Shown piece after piece: positions 31,558 to 42,493 of a stretch of DNA of 64,000 nucleotides. This DNA comes from Candidatus Latescibacterota bacterium (GTDB taxonomy: Bacteria > Latescibacterota > CBDEFO01). The stretch covers positions 800,001 through 864,000 of the forward strand of contig CBDEFO010000008.1 of assembly GCA_965237525.1 (NCBI GenBank), written 5' to 3'. Position 1 is the first letter of the stretch. Each line of letters starts with the position of its first letter. A program made the position numbers and the translations under genes. The notes under the pieces were generated by a model. It did no database searches. It saw only the letters and a program-made list of their open reading frames with translations, and was not told the origin of the DNA.

Positions 31558-32225
31558 TTATATTACTGTCGCACGATTCCAAATATCTTCATAGGGCATT
31601 TCCATATCACTCACGGAGTCTATGGGTACCATGTAAGTGGGCTTTTTCGTTGCGGCGTCCTTGACTGACTGGCCAATAATATAGCACTTCGCGTTATCTA
31701 CGAAGATTATTCTGTCGTGTATATCGGAGGTTGACCTCGCATGAAAATCAACTTCCTGACGCATTGCAAACTTGGGAATTACGGCCTTCAGTGCAGCAGT
31801 CTCCTCCTTTTTTCGGTTAGCGTTAAGGTTGGTCATAAGTCGTATTTTAACTCTGCGGTTGCACTTTCCTAAGTAGAGGTTGAACATCTCCTCATTTACA
31901 TAAGGATCTATGATGAAGACTGATTTCTTTGCTGCCCTAATGTGCTTCTGGAAGTCTAGGTAAAACGGGTAAGCGTCACCAGCACTGTAAATCTTCTGAT
32001 CTGTAACAGAAGTAGATTGTTCAAGCTCGTGTTCCTTCTCGGCTTCTTTTTCTTTTATTTTGTCAATTATCAGCTGATACCAGGGTCATTTCTGTCGGGA
32101 TATAGATGATTTTTGGCTTTCTTCAAATCTTCTAACGGTATAGCATCAATCTCGCTATAGTCCTCCTTTTTTAGTGCCCTTTGAAACTTAGCCATTATCT
32201 TCAAATATTTTTCGGGAGTAGCCAT
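31558..32225 (-). CDS. PLD-superfamily nuclease-like protein (one frameshift near 32085)
   Basis: VFIIDPYV...IHDRIIFVD...YIIGQSVKD; upstream frame extends to ATG at 32225. Confidence 0.6.
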
Positions 32226-32258
32226 GTATTCATTCTATCTTCTTGGACTTGCTATTCT

Positions 32259-33278
32259 CTAAAACCCTTCCCACCTGGTAACCGTATCCTCTTTAAATTC
32301 AATCTTCTTGTCGTCTGAGTAGTACCAATACTCCCATGGACTGGTCTTTCGTACTTCGATGGGGTCACCTAAAACCTCTCTTATTGTATCTTTAGGCGTC
32401 CCTATTTTCAGCACCTTTTGAATCTTGCCGAGATCAGATCCTGAACAGTTGGGATTGTATCCTGCTCCCTCGAGAGATGGCGCTTTATTTCGCCCGCCTC
32501 TTTAGCTCTGGATTTCTGTGTCGTAGGAGCCGGCGAGACTTGCTTAGAGGTGCGAAATACAAAACCCAATGAGAAAGAAAAAAATGTGTCATCATCGTTT
32601 ATTGATACACCAGGGTTTATGTAGAAAATATCCTTCGATTGCAATTCAATACCAATAGGAATGCTTACATCAAATGATGTTATGTTATCGTCATCAGATA
32701 CAGCGTCCTTAAAAACCTTGTCCCTGACCTCTATTTCAATTGAAGAATAACTCAAACTGACAGTGGGAATTAAGCTTGATCTGGGCGACAAAGAAATGTT
32801 TCTGTATATTGAACCTCCGATACTAAGTCCACTCCCATCCATCTCCAAGTTTAGTTTGTCGAAAAGATCTGCTGAATAATAAAACTTTCCATATGACGCC
32901 CCAATCATAAGAGACATAGGAATATCATATTCTTCTCCTTGAGTCTGCTTTATCAAATGCACAGTAAGATGGGGAGATATGGAAGTTAATGACAGGTCAG
33001 AGCCTAAAGATTAATTCCACAATATCATTCTTGCTTTTAGCTCTCCCTACAGACAAACCAAAGTCAAAAAGGGCCTTTTCTGAATAACTCATGTCTAATA
33101 CAACACCTGAAACATCATCACTTGTCCTGTACCCTATCCCCATACCCACTCCACTCTCTCCTTTAGAGAGAAACTTGCTTTGAGCCTCTGCTTGGAGTGA
33201 TAATGAAAAAACGACAAGCAGAAGGACTGCAAAGTAAGTTAGCCAATGTACCTTGTCCGATCCGAACGTCTGCATCAT
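32259..33278 (-). pseudogene. Outer-membrane beta-barrel-like protein with C-terminal SmpA/OmlA-like domain (two frameshifts)
   Basis: Signal peptide, amphipathic strands; final frame LKIGTPKDTIREVLGDP...EYWYY. Confidence 0.55.
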
Positions 33279-33424
33279 TAGTAATCACTCCTCTCTAACA
33301 GACTTGGATTTTCGCTGATTCCTACTGAGGAAATATACGATCTGCTTGTGACATCTTCTGTCAATATCTTTACAATTATTACTAATTCTCTCGTGTAGTA
33401 GATACGCTCTCTCAATACAACAAT

Positions 33425-33691
33425 TCAGTCCGATCCCTTTCCACTTATCATCTGCCTTAGTCTATCGATGATATAATGACACGCCACAAGGTGCAGGCTC
33501 TCCACTATGCCGATGTCGTTCGAAGGGATGTGCAGACAGCAATTGACCATCGGTTTAAGCTTTCCTCCGTCGAAGCCCGTAAACCCTATCGTAGTCATAT
33601 CGTTCTCATTTGCATATCTTATCGCTCTCAGCACGTTCTCGCTCTTTCCCGACCCGCTTATCCCGAGGGCTACGTCGCCGCGTGCTGCCAT
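33425..33691 (-). pseudogene. gmhA: Diverged duplicate of the 3' half of gmhA
   Basis: Near-identical to 36646-36900 with a different tail. Confidence 0.9.
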
Positions 33692-33844
33692 TAGCTAGTC
33701 TATACGATACAATTATTATGGGAAAATGGCAAGACTTTTTTGTCCTATCCGAGCATTTTTTAGCTTGACATATAGAAAGTCTTCACTTACTATCGTTGGG
33801 AACAGCAGATATTCCAAAAACTTCTTGTAAGGAGGTCTAAAGCT

Positions 33845-34258
33845 ATGGGCGACGGTCAACAATCCGCTTGCAAGTTCATCAGTTATGAGCCGTTCTTCCT
33901 GGTAGCTGACGTTAAGAAGGCGGCCGAGTACTACCGCGATGTGCTCGGCTTTGAGTACGATCAGCTCTGGGGTGATCCGCCATTTTTCTGCAGGCCCGAA
34001 CGCGACGGGTACACCTTCATGCTGAGGCAGGTCGAAGATAAGTCCGTCGTAAGGCCCAACTCCGTAGCCTGCGATACTTGGGACGCTTATATAAAGGTCA
34101 CAGACGCCGACGCTCTATTTGAAGAGTTTAAGTCCAGAGGAGCCAATGTAGACTACGAGCCTGAAACGATGGAGGGGATGGATGTTAAGCATTTCGGGAT
34201 CAAGGACGTGGACGGTTATCTGCTGGGCTTCGGCCAAGAAGGGACGACAGGAGATTGA
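33845..34258 (+). CDS. VOC family protein, copy 2
   Basis: Three amino-acid differences from copy 1. Confidence 0.9.
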   Translation: MGDGQQSACKFISYEPFFLVADVKKAAEYYRDVLGFEYDQLWGDPPFFCRPERDGYTFMLRQVEDKSVVRPNSVACDTWDAYIKVTDADALFEEFKSRGANVDYEPETMEGMDVKHFGIKDVDGYLLGFGQEGTTGD

Positions 34259-34304
34259 TCGGATAGACTCAGCGCCACTCTGACAGAGGCGAGGTGATTT
34301 GCAA

Positions 34305-34520
34305 GACAGTAGGGTCTTAAACGAGCGCCGCGCTATCTCCGCAAAGAGGATCACCGTCACCCACTCTGCTGCGGACCCTATGCTCTCCCCGGCGATCAGG
34401 CCCATGTAGATAGCCCCCGGCATCATTATAAACCCTTATGAAGAACGCCCCTATGACAGTCCTTACGGTTACGCCGTCCTGAAATTCACCGGTCGTATTG
34501 TCAGTTGTCTCTATAGACAT
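34305..34520 (-). pseudogene. OPT-like transporter N-terminal fragment, copy 2
   Basis: Duplicate of 31235-31449 with a frameshift. Confidence 0.65.
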
Positions 34521-34674
34521 CAAAGTAACCTAACGGAGTGGTCGGAACGCTTTATTAAGGAAAAAGAGCAGGATGTATGCCTGCTCTATAGTCAAAGGGT
34601 ATGGGTGGAGAATGCCGCAGAGCACTTGATTTCAACTCTCTTCGATTCCATTTTCTGACCACTTGACAAGTAGC

Positions 34675-35562
34675 CTATGGAGCTTGAAAGAGGACTTTCC
34701 CTTCTTTATTGAACAAGACTAGCGAAGAGGGAGGTAAGTTTCTAACTTCCCCAGTTTTTGTCACTTCCAGTGAGGTGAATCCAAGAACAGCTCGACTCTT
34801 ATAATTCTCATCGTAAAGTGTGAGGCTCGGTGAGCCATCTTCGCCAAGCGCGCACTATTCTAGCTAAGCGCGTGCATTCCCATTCTTATCAGCAAAGCTT
34901 AAGTTTGGACCTGCCATCTTCGTGCAACGTTAGCCAAGCGCGTACATTCTTATTCTTATCACGAAAGGCTAAGCTTGGACTGCCATCTTCGTGCACGTTA
35001 GCCAAGCGCCATTCTTATTCTATATCAGCGGAAAGGCTAATCTTGGATGCCATCTTCGTGCACCATTAAAGCGCGTACATTCTTATTCTTATCACGAAAG
35101 GCTTGGACTGCCATCTTCGTGCACCATTCAGCGCGTACATTCTTAGCTGAGCGCGTGCATTCCCATTCTTATCAGCGAAAGGCTAATCTTGACTGCCATC
35201 TTCGTCACCATTAGCCCAGCGCGTACATTCTTATTCTTATCACGAAAGGCTAATCTTGGACTGCCATCTTCGTTCACCATTAGCAAAGCGCGTACATTCT
35301 TATTCTTATCACGAAAGGCTAATCTTGGACTGCCATCTTCGTCCACCATTAGCTCAGCGCGTGCATTCCCATTCTTGTCACGAAGAATGAATGCCTCTGC
35401 CTCCAGTAGAATACGCTCTTTAGGGACGGTTTGCCCTATTACCAAGACTGCGCTGACGAGAACCAAGACCGCAATACCTACACTCTTAAGCCTACGATTC
35501 TGCTTCTCTACCTTCCCTAGTCGTTCTACTACTGCCTGCAGATCTGGCGTTTGCGATGCCAT
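34675..35562 (-). CDS. Membrane-anchored protein with 22-aa (66-bp) tandem repeats; central repeats garbled
   Basis: Coiled coil + TM, repeats LMVNEDGSPRLAFRDKNKNVRA; C-terminus SLVLFNKEGKVLFQAP-stop at 34675. Confidence 0.7.
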
Positions 35563-35660
35563 AAATGTTCTCTCCCTTCTTAAGTTTTGTCATAGCCAAA
35601 AATACATCTTGTGAATTTCAAGTTCTAGACCAATTCTATAAATTCACCAACTTGTATATT

Positions 35661-36641
35661 TTAGGAGACGCTCCCTAAGTAATCATCTAAACTGCAAAAA
35701 AGTTCTGGATTTTGATTTTTTGTAATAGCCTTATAATTTTCCTGCAAATCATTTGCATCTGGATCCACAATTATTAATTTCTTATCCTCTATCTGATTTG
35801 TTCCTAACAGCAAACAAGCGGCAGAATCTTCCTTAGGAAGACTGTATCCAATAACAATAATCTCATCTGCAATATTTAATGCATGGCAAGCTTTCTGCCA
35901 AACATCTAATAGTGGAACACTAAAATTCTTAATGAAGGAAGGCATTATCCACGATGCTGGACATTTGCCCTCATATGGAGTAAGTTTTTGATCATCAGAA
36001 AAAAAACTCAGTCTTATCTGATCTCCATAATCAGGTTCCCAATTCAACGAACCATGGAGTTTATATATATGTACTTTTGATTTCATATTACCTCGTTTTC
36101 TAATTCTGGGGAGTGAATTAAATGTAATACCGTATCCATCTTCTGGGTGCCAATCTCCACGCTTATAAAGAGCATAGTCGAGAACTAAGTCATAGTTGAA
36201 AGTAGCTATGTTGTCGGTACCAGATAAACTATCTGTAAACGCTTAAGAAGTTTAATATCCACATCCGGTTCAATCAGTGAAAGAAAGCTATATGTTTCAA
36301 TGTAAGCTTCTTAATTCTCTCAAACCACCCTGTGAAACGCCATAATTCGAAAAGAGCTGAGACTTTGTGTAATCTGACTTCTCCCCATTTTCACTAATTA
36401 TTCTAGCTCGTATTTCTCCAGATAAATTAATATCTATGAAAGATAAAATTGCCTCGAAATTCTCCTGTTCTAAGAAATCAAAATATTTTTTTATACTTTC
36501 CCCCCAAAACACTCTATTATTATGACCCAACCCTTTTTCTTTTTCGAAAACATCCCAGAACTTTTTTGTTAATTCACACGTCAATGGAAGATTTGCTACA
36601 GCTTTTGAGAAACCTGCTCCGAGAACAAAACATTTACGCAT
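35661..36641 (-). CDS. SIR2-like (SIR2_2) protein with frameshift(s); candidate defence NADase
   Basis: CFVLGAGFS, TFNYDLVLD, KLHGSLNW, IIVIGYSLP; AT-rich. Confidence 0.8.
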
Positions 36642-36645
36642 TTTA

Positions 36646-37212
36646 TCATCCACGTATCATCTCCCTTAGTCTATCTATGATATAGTGACACGCGACAAGG
36701 TGCAGGCTCTCCACTATGCCGATGTCGTTCGATGGGACGTGCAGACAGCACTTGACCATCGGTTTGAGCTTTCCTCCGTCGAAGCCCGTCAATCCTATTG
36801 TCGTCATATCGTTCTCATTTGCATACCTTATCGCCCTCAGCACGTTCTCGCTCTTTCCCGACCCGCTTATCCCGAGGGTTACGTCGCCGCGTGCTGCCAT
36901 ATTTATCATCTGTTGTTCGAAGATCGACTCGTAGCCCTCATCGTTGGCAAGTGCAAGTATGTAGGGCGTATTATCGGTCAGGCTTGTGGCTTTGAGCCTC
37001 TTCTTCTGCCCCAAATCGGCAATAGTCCCCTTGGCCAGGTCCTCGCAAAGGTGAGAGGCCGTAGCGCCGCTTCCTCCGTTCCCGAATATGAAGATTTTTC
37101 TGTCTTCCAGATACGAGGCGTACAATATATCTATTACATCTTGTATAGCCTTCACATCCAGATCCCTGCACAAATCTCCCACAGAGGAGAAATAGTTGTC
37201 GGCTATTTCCAT
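36646..37212 (-). CDS. gmhA: Sedoheptulose-7-phosphate isomerase (SIS domain)
   Basis: GNGGSGATASH, ANDEGYESIF, ISGSGKSEN, GFDGG, ESLH. Confidence 0.92.
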   Translation of the reverse strand: MEIADNYFSSVGDLCRDLDVKAIQDVIDILYASYLEDRKIFIFGNGGSGATASHLCEDLAKGTIADLGQKKRLKATSLTDNTPYILALANDEGYESIFEQQMINMAARGDVTLGISGSGKSENVLRAIRYANENDMTTIGLTGFDGGKLKPMVKCCLHVPSNDIGIVESLHLVACHYIIDRLREMIRG

Positions 37213-39052
37213 TCGTACCTCCTCATATTGAATATCACCTTAGAGCCATCTCTCTCCAGAAGAAACGGAAGCTCCCTCAGCCCTGTGAACTCCTTCCTCA
37301 GCTTGTTCTGGTTCTCACGGGGACAATATAAGAGCAGAAATCCTCCGCCGCCTGCACCTGCCACTTTACCGCCTGTGGCTCCGGCGTTTATGGCTGCTTC
37401 GTACATCCGGTCAATATCTTCATCGCTGATCCCCCCGGCCATCTCCTTTTTTAGATTCCATCCCCTGTGGAGTATAGAACCTATGTTATCTATATCTCCT
37501 TCAACTATAGATTTTTTCGTCTTGTAAGCCAATTCTGATATCTCTCTTAAGATGGTCATCCGCTGATCTATATTTGCCTTCTGCTCTTTCAATATAGTCT
37601 CCGACTTCCTCGTTTTGTCCGTAAAGTACAAGAGTAGATTACCGCTTATGTGTCTCTTCTGGGATTCGGAGACATCTAATTTCTCAAGTTCAACCGATTC
37701 TCCAGCCATAAATTTGAAGGTAATGCCACAACATTATACACCTTGAGAGGGTTGATTCATAATCTGTCTGGCTATCTGTACTAGGTCTTGATCTTGGTTG
37801 TTGAATCGCCATTCTGTCTCTTTGAGGTAGAGATGGAAATATTGCTTGGGTACACCACGATAAGGATATAAGAAGTGTTTGGCGTATGACCAAAAGCCTT
37901 CGATTCCATTTAGATGGTTTCTACCTTTGGGCTTTCCTTTGTCTTTGTCGACGACGACGTGGTTACCACGGATAGATAGAGAAGCGTAGGCGTGCCAGTC
38001 ATCGGTATAGTAGAGACTACCTGGCTTGGTATATTGGGTAATGAGAGGAAGAATTACTTGTCTGCTTCTAGACGGCACAGGAAAAGTCGATACTTTCCCA
38101 TTCCTCTGATACATTCCAAAGACAATAACTTTACCTTCAGCACCCCAACCTCGCTTACCTGGTCTTTTGCCACCGAACATAGCTTCATCCATCTCTATCT
38201 CTCCAGATAGGAGCCTCAACTCCTCCAGAGAATCCTGGTAGATAGCAAGGCGAACTATACGGTAGAAACGTTCAATAGTATGTAGATGTATTGGAACTCG
38301 AAACCTTAACCGGTAAGCTGGAACCGCAAGACCAAAAAACTTAATGAGCCTCCCCTTCCAGTAAGGAGAAATCTTGCTCTTGGACCAGTAGCTATTGGTT
38401 CGAAAATGGTAGTCCCTGAGACACCCTTGACAACGATATCTACCACCCGATAATTTCCAAAATTTGGTGCACCTACAGTAGCTACATTTTCGCATAGCTC
38501 GATATACAGTAATAATCGACTCTTCGCAAGATCATAAGGTGTATAATGTTGTAGTATTACCAATTTGAACATCCTCAAGTTCCCGTATGCCACTATATAC
38601 TGATCCTGTTTGCCTATGGGCTTTTTCAAAATATCTATCTCTATTTGGCACGCCTCACGCGCAAGATCCTCCGCGGTTCTCTGCTCTCCCTGATAGGCGT
38701 AAAGGGCGTTCAAAAGCCCCACCGTCAGGCTGCTTGAAGAACCCAATCCGGACCCCTCAGATGGGACATCTGCCAAAGTAGTGATCTCCACGCCTTTATA
38801 GACCTCTGTCTTCTGCATCGCCTCTCGCACAAGGTCGTGCTGGATGTGGTCTACGTTATCCACGATCTCCTTTTGAGAGTAGTTTATGTATATCTTATCG
38901 TCGAATCTCTCTTTTACGATCACGTACACAAACTTGTCTATCGCGGTGCTCACAACGCATCCGGGGGATCGTGGATCCTTCCTATAGTACCCCTGAAAGT
39001 CGGTCCCGCCGCCCGCGAAGCTTATCCTCAGAGGGGTCTGAGTTATAAGCAT
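37203..39052 (-). pseudogene. hddA: Heptose-7-phosphate kinase (GHMP) interrupted by IS1595
   Basis: PLRISFAGGGTD, GSGLGSSS, GKQDQY, GAGGGG; frame restored (RMFKF/MAGES) on IS removal. Confidence 0.9.
37719..38561 (-). mobile_element. IS1595-family element; transposase 37734-38495
   Basis: Zn ribbon, EMDEAMFGG, YTDDW, NGIEGFWS; 26-bp IRs GGTAAT(GC/AC)(C/T)ACAACATTATACACCTT; 8-bp TSD aatttgaa. Confidence 0.95.
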
Positions 39053-39058
39053 TTGCTG

Positions 39059-39826
39059 TTACCTCTCTTCCTCTGGAGTGGTCTCAGCGCCCTGCTCCAT
39101 CGAGCTCCACTTTGTCTGGGCCTGTTCGTAGGTTTCATGGGTCCCTATATCTATTATGTAACCCTTTATCCTGTAAGCGTACATCTTGCCCACTTCGTGG
39201 CTTGCTGCCGACGCCCTTCCCGTTCCGCCCACTACCCTGGGAAGGACATCGTAGCTCAAATCTGAGGGATACGATTCTGGGATATAGTCTAAAAGCCCTG
39301 AGCTGGACACGAATATAGCCCCGCTGACCAGATTTCCCTTGGGGTTCTGGGGCTTTTCTGCAAACTCTACGACTCTGTTATCAGAATCCAGAGTCACGAC
39401 TCCTCCCAGCTCCGGGTGAGGAGACTCGTAGACTCCCACAGTCAATATCCCGTTGTGTCCTCTGTGAAAGTCCAACATCTCCGAGAGATCTATATCCGTC
39501 AGGCAATCTGCGTAGATGATGAAGAAATTCTCCTGGCCGTCCACAAAGTCCCTGTTTGCGGCCACTGTACCCGCGCTCCCAAGCAGAGACGGCTCGTAGG
39601 AAAGCCTGATATTGATTCCGTGGTCTTTCCTTTGAACAAACTCCTCCACTACGTGGGCAAGATGATGAGAATTTATTAGGACATCCGTTATACCGTGCCT
39701 TTTGACTAACTCAAGGAGGTGCTCCAGGAGAGGTTTTCCGCCTATGGGTACCATACACTTGGGTACCTTATATGTCAAAGGTCTCAGCCTCGTCCCCTCT
39801 CCTGCTGCAAGGAGAAAAGCTTTCAC
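39059..39826 (-). CDS. hddC: Sugar-phosphate nucleotidyltransferase (HddC-like)
   Basis: LAAGEGTRLRPLT..PK; LGSAG; DIGT; adjacent to hddA and gmhA. Confidence 0.8.
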   Translation of the reverse strand: MKAFLLAAGEGTRLRPLTYKVPKCMVPIGGKPLLEHLLELVKRHGITDVLINSHHLAHVVEEFVQRKDHGINIRLSYEPSLLGSAGTVAANRDFVDGQENFFIIYADCLTDIDLSEMLDFHRGHNGILTVGVYESPHPELGGVVTLDSDNRVVEFAEKPQNPKGNLVSGAIFVSSSGLLDYIPESYPSDLSYDVLPRVVGGTGRASAASHEVGKMYAYRIKGYIIDIGTHETYEQAQTKWSSMEQGAETTPEEER

Positions 39827-39975
39827 AGTCTATCCTTTTTGGCCAGAAGGTTCTTCGATCCATTTCTGGGTTTCTTGCGAATGCCCTTTCTATTCCTCCC
39901 GCTTGCTCCATATCGAATGATAAGAAAGAAAAAGCCCGTACGTTCTGTGTCGTGTGCCACGGACGATCCAACCGA

Positions 39976-40004
39976 AAGATACAACAAAGAGCCCTGATTG
40001 TCAA
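39976..40004 (-). promoter_or_regulatory. Sigma70-type promoter of heptose operon
   Basis: TTGACA-17 bp-TATCTT. Confidence 0.6.
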
Positions 40005-40120
40005 CGTTTTTGATGCCTCTACAAAAGAGTCTCATGGGGGATTTTTAGCTTGTGGATATAGTGACACCGTGCTATATTTAAGGTAGAAAAAAACCTGTTT
40101 GACTGAACGTTAAGGTTATT

Positions 40121-41545
40121 TTGCCCGTTCAAAGAACCAGCCAAAGGAGGACTGAAATCAAAGATTCTACCACACTCATCGCTGTTGCCGGTGAGATAGA
40201 GGCAGAAGGGGCCATCTTAGTCGGCGTCGCATTCCCCTGGATGAACAGGGGGGACGCCGAAGAGTCCCTGAACGAGCTTGAGCTTCTGGCGGATACGGCC
40301 GGGGCAAAGGTTCTGAACAAAGTAATTCAGGAGCGGAAAGCCCCCAATCCGACCTACTTCATCGGGAAGGGCAAGGCAGAACTTCTAGCTAATTCCGCAA
40401 AAGAACTGGAGGCCGATCTGGTCATCTTCGACGATGACCTTTCCCCCGCGCAGATGAGTAATCTCGAAAAACTAATGGACAGGAAGATAGTAGATAGAAG
40501 TGGTCTTATTCTGGACATCTTCGCCAAACGCGCAAGGACTAAAGAGGCCAAGCTCCAGGTCGAACTGGCTCAGCTGGAGTATCTGGCTCCAAAGCTCACA
40601 AGACAATGGACCCACCTTTCAAGACAGGCAGGCGGCATAGGTACAAGCGGTCCTGGAATAGGTGCAAGGGGCCCGGGTGAAACACAGCTTGAGATCGACA
40701 GGAGAAAGGTCAGAAAGAGGATCTACGACCTTTCCAGAGCACTCAAAAAGGTCGAGAAGAGTCGAGAGGTGAGCCGCAAGAACAGATCTGACGTCTTTCA
40801 GGTCTGCCTTGTCGGATACACCAACGCCGGCAAATCCACACTTATGAGAGCCCTCTCAGGGGAAGACGTCTTCGTCGAGGACAGACTATTTGCTACGCTG
40901 GATTCGATCACCAGGATTGTCCAGCTTAAAAAAGCTTCTGAGAACACCTCATGTGGTGGTGGACAAGGTACGAGCAAAGCACGAAGCGTCAAAATCCTCC
41001 TGACAGATACAGTCGGCTTCATAAAAAAGTTGCCCCACAACCTGATTGCCTCGTTCCGAGGCACATTAGAAGAAGTTGTGCAAGCCGATCTTTTGATCCA
41101 CGTAGTGGATGTAAGCCATCCCGCCTGTGAAGAACAGATAGGAGCCGTAAATGAAGTTCTAAGTGAGCTGGGTGTAGCTAACACGCCGACCGTTATGGCT
41201 CTCAACAAAATAGACCTTCTACGCGAAGGTGGTACGATCACTTCGGGTGGACTCCTAAAAAGATTCCTCAAGACCCATCCTGAAGCCCTGCCTATATCAT
41301 CTGTAAACGGGGACGGATTAGATGAGCTCAAGGATGCCCTCCGCCAGAGAGTCGAGAGGGACAACGTGGTCTTAGACCTTGAATTAGATTACACACAGGG
41401 CAAGCTCCTTGGGGAACTCTACAGCATAGGAGAAATTCTCAAGCGAAAAGACGAAGATGGACATGTTGCTCTGAAGGTCAGATTGAAGAGAGATGACGGA
41501 AAAAGGATAAAAGGCAAGATCAAACAAGTAGCCAGCAAACAGTAG
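40121..41545 (+). CDS. hflX: GTPase HflX
   Basis: GPGETQLE, GYTNAGKS, LFATLD, DTVGFI, NKID. Confidence 0.97.
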   Translation: MPVQRTSQRRTEIKDSTTLIAVAGEIEAEGAILVGVAFPWMNRGDAEESLNELELLADTAGAKVLNKVIQERKAPNPTYFIGKGKAELLANSAKELEADLVIFDDDLSPAQMSNLEKLMDRKIVDRSGLILDIFAKRARTKEAKLQVELAQLEYLAPKLTRQWTHLSRQAGGIGTSGPGIGARGPGETQLEIDRRKVRKRIYDLSRALKKVEKSREVSRKNRSDVFQVCLVGYTNAGKSTLMRALSGEDVFVEDRLFATLDSITRIVQLKKASENTSCGGGQGTSKARSVKILLTDTVGFIKKLPHNLIASFRGTLEEVVQADLLIHVVDVSHPACEEQIGAVNEVLSELGVANTPTVMALNKIDLLREGGTITSGGLLKRFLKTHPEALPISSVNGDGLDELKDALRQRVERDNVVLDLELDYTQGKLLGELYSIGEILKRKDEDGHVALKVRLKRDDGKRIKGKIKQVASKQ

Positions 41546-41550
41546 ACAGG

Positions 41551-41608
41551 CCCCGACCCCCATCCCCCCCGATAGGTTCAATCGGGGGTAGAATCAATCG
41601 GGGGCAGG
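41551..41608. repeat. Nested CCCCGAT-family hairpins
   Basis: ccccga[ccccatc-ccccccgataggttcaatcggggg]tagaatcaatcgggggcagg. Confidence 0.75.
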
Positions 41609-41653
41609 GAAAGGCAAAAAGGCAGTAGGAAGTGGATAGGGAAGGCACAGCGC

Positions 41654-42493
41654 ATGAAGAAATCGAAATTATCATATGTAGTCCCGATTCTGCTTGTGGT
41701 CTTTCTTCAAGGATGTACAAAAGAAGATCCTAAAGTCTATATAAAAGACCTCTACAGCAGGGACCCGGAGATAAGGCTCACTGCCGGATATGAGCTTTTG
41801 AGAATCGGTGAGGAAGCAGTGCCCCTTCTTATTGAAGAACTGAAATCCGAAGAGCCTGTGGTTCGCTATGTAGCCGCTCAACTTCTGGGGAAGATCAAAG
41901 ACCGGCGCGCTGTTGTACCCCTAACGGGTGCCCTAAAAGACATAAGTCCCGGCGTCAGGGCTAGGGCCGCCGAAGCTCTCGGGAAATTGGAGGACGAAAG
42001 GGCTATAGACACCCTCATTCAAGCCGCCTCTGATACGACCGAGGAACTCCGTGCCAAGGCGATAGAAGCTCTGGGTGGATGCAGGAGCGATACGGCATAC
42101 CACGTGGTTATCAGCGCCCTGGACGATCCCAGCACAGAGGTCCAAGTTATGGCTATGGTGGCCCTCGACCGCTATAAATACGAAGACGTCCTCGAAAAGA
42201 TAATACAACTGGCTGGATCTGACTCAGCCCGCGTCCGCTTCGTGGCAGTCCAGGCGCTTGGAAAGATTAAGATAAGAAACGATAGAGCCATCTTGACCCT
42301 GGTGCGCGCCCTTGGAGATCCCTTTCAAAGCGTTAGAATAAGTGCCGCCAAAAGCCTTGCAAATATAGGCGACAGGCGAGCTATAGAACCCCTTGAAAGG
42401 TTCTACTCCCGCGGAACCATCGAAGAGCGCCGCGCAGCAAGCTACGCCCTGGAAAAGATAGCGGGGGAAAAATACGTCCTCGAAAATTGGTAG
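41654..42493 (+). CDS. HEAT-repeat lipoprotein
   Basis: LQGC lipobox; VR..AA..LG repeats. Confidence 0.85.
   Translation: MKKSKLSYVVPILLVVFLQGCTKEDPKVYIKDLYSRDPEIRLTAGYELLRIGEEAVPLLIEELKSEEPVVRYVAAQLLGKIKDRRAVVPLTGALKDISPGVRARAAEALGKLEDERAIDTLIQAASDTTEELRAKAIEALGGCRSDTAYHVVISALDDPSTEVQVMAMVALDRYKYEDVLEKIIQLAGSDSARVRFVAVQALGKIKIRNDRAILTLVRALGDPFQSVRISAAKSLANIGDRRAIEPLERFYSRGTIEERRAASYALEKIAGEKYVLENW

Noticed and set aside
33290..33420. GTTAGAG before the beta-barrel gene as an attC end
   Set aside because: No matching AAC arm or palindrome upstream
30775..34258. Duplicated VOC/gmhA/RND segments as DGR template and variable repeats
   Set aside because: VOC differences include G/C and are not adenine-restricted; no reverse transcriptase in the window
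34830..35390. 66-bp repeats as CRISPR
   Set aside because: In-frame 22-aa coding repeats without spacers
39830..39975. Riboswitch in the heptose operon leader
   Set aside because: Only weak pairing; no recognisable conserved motif
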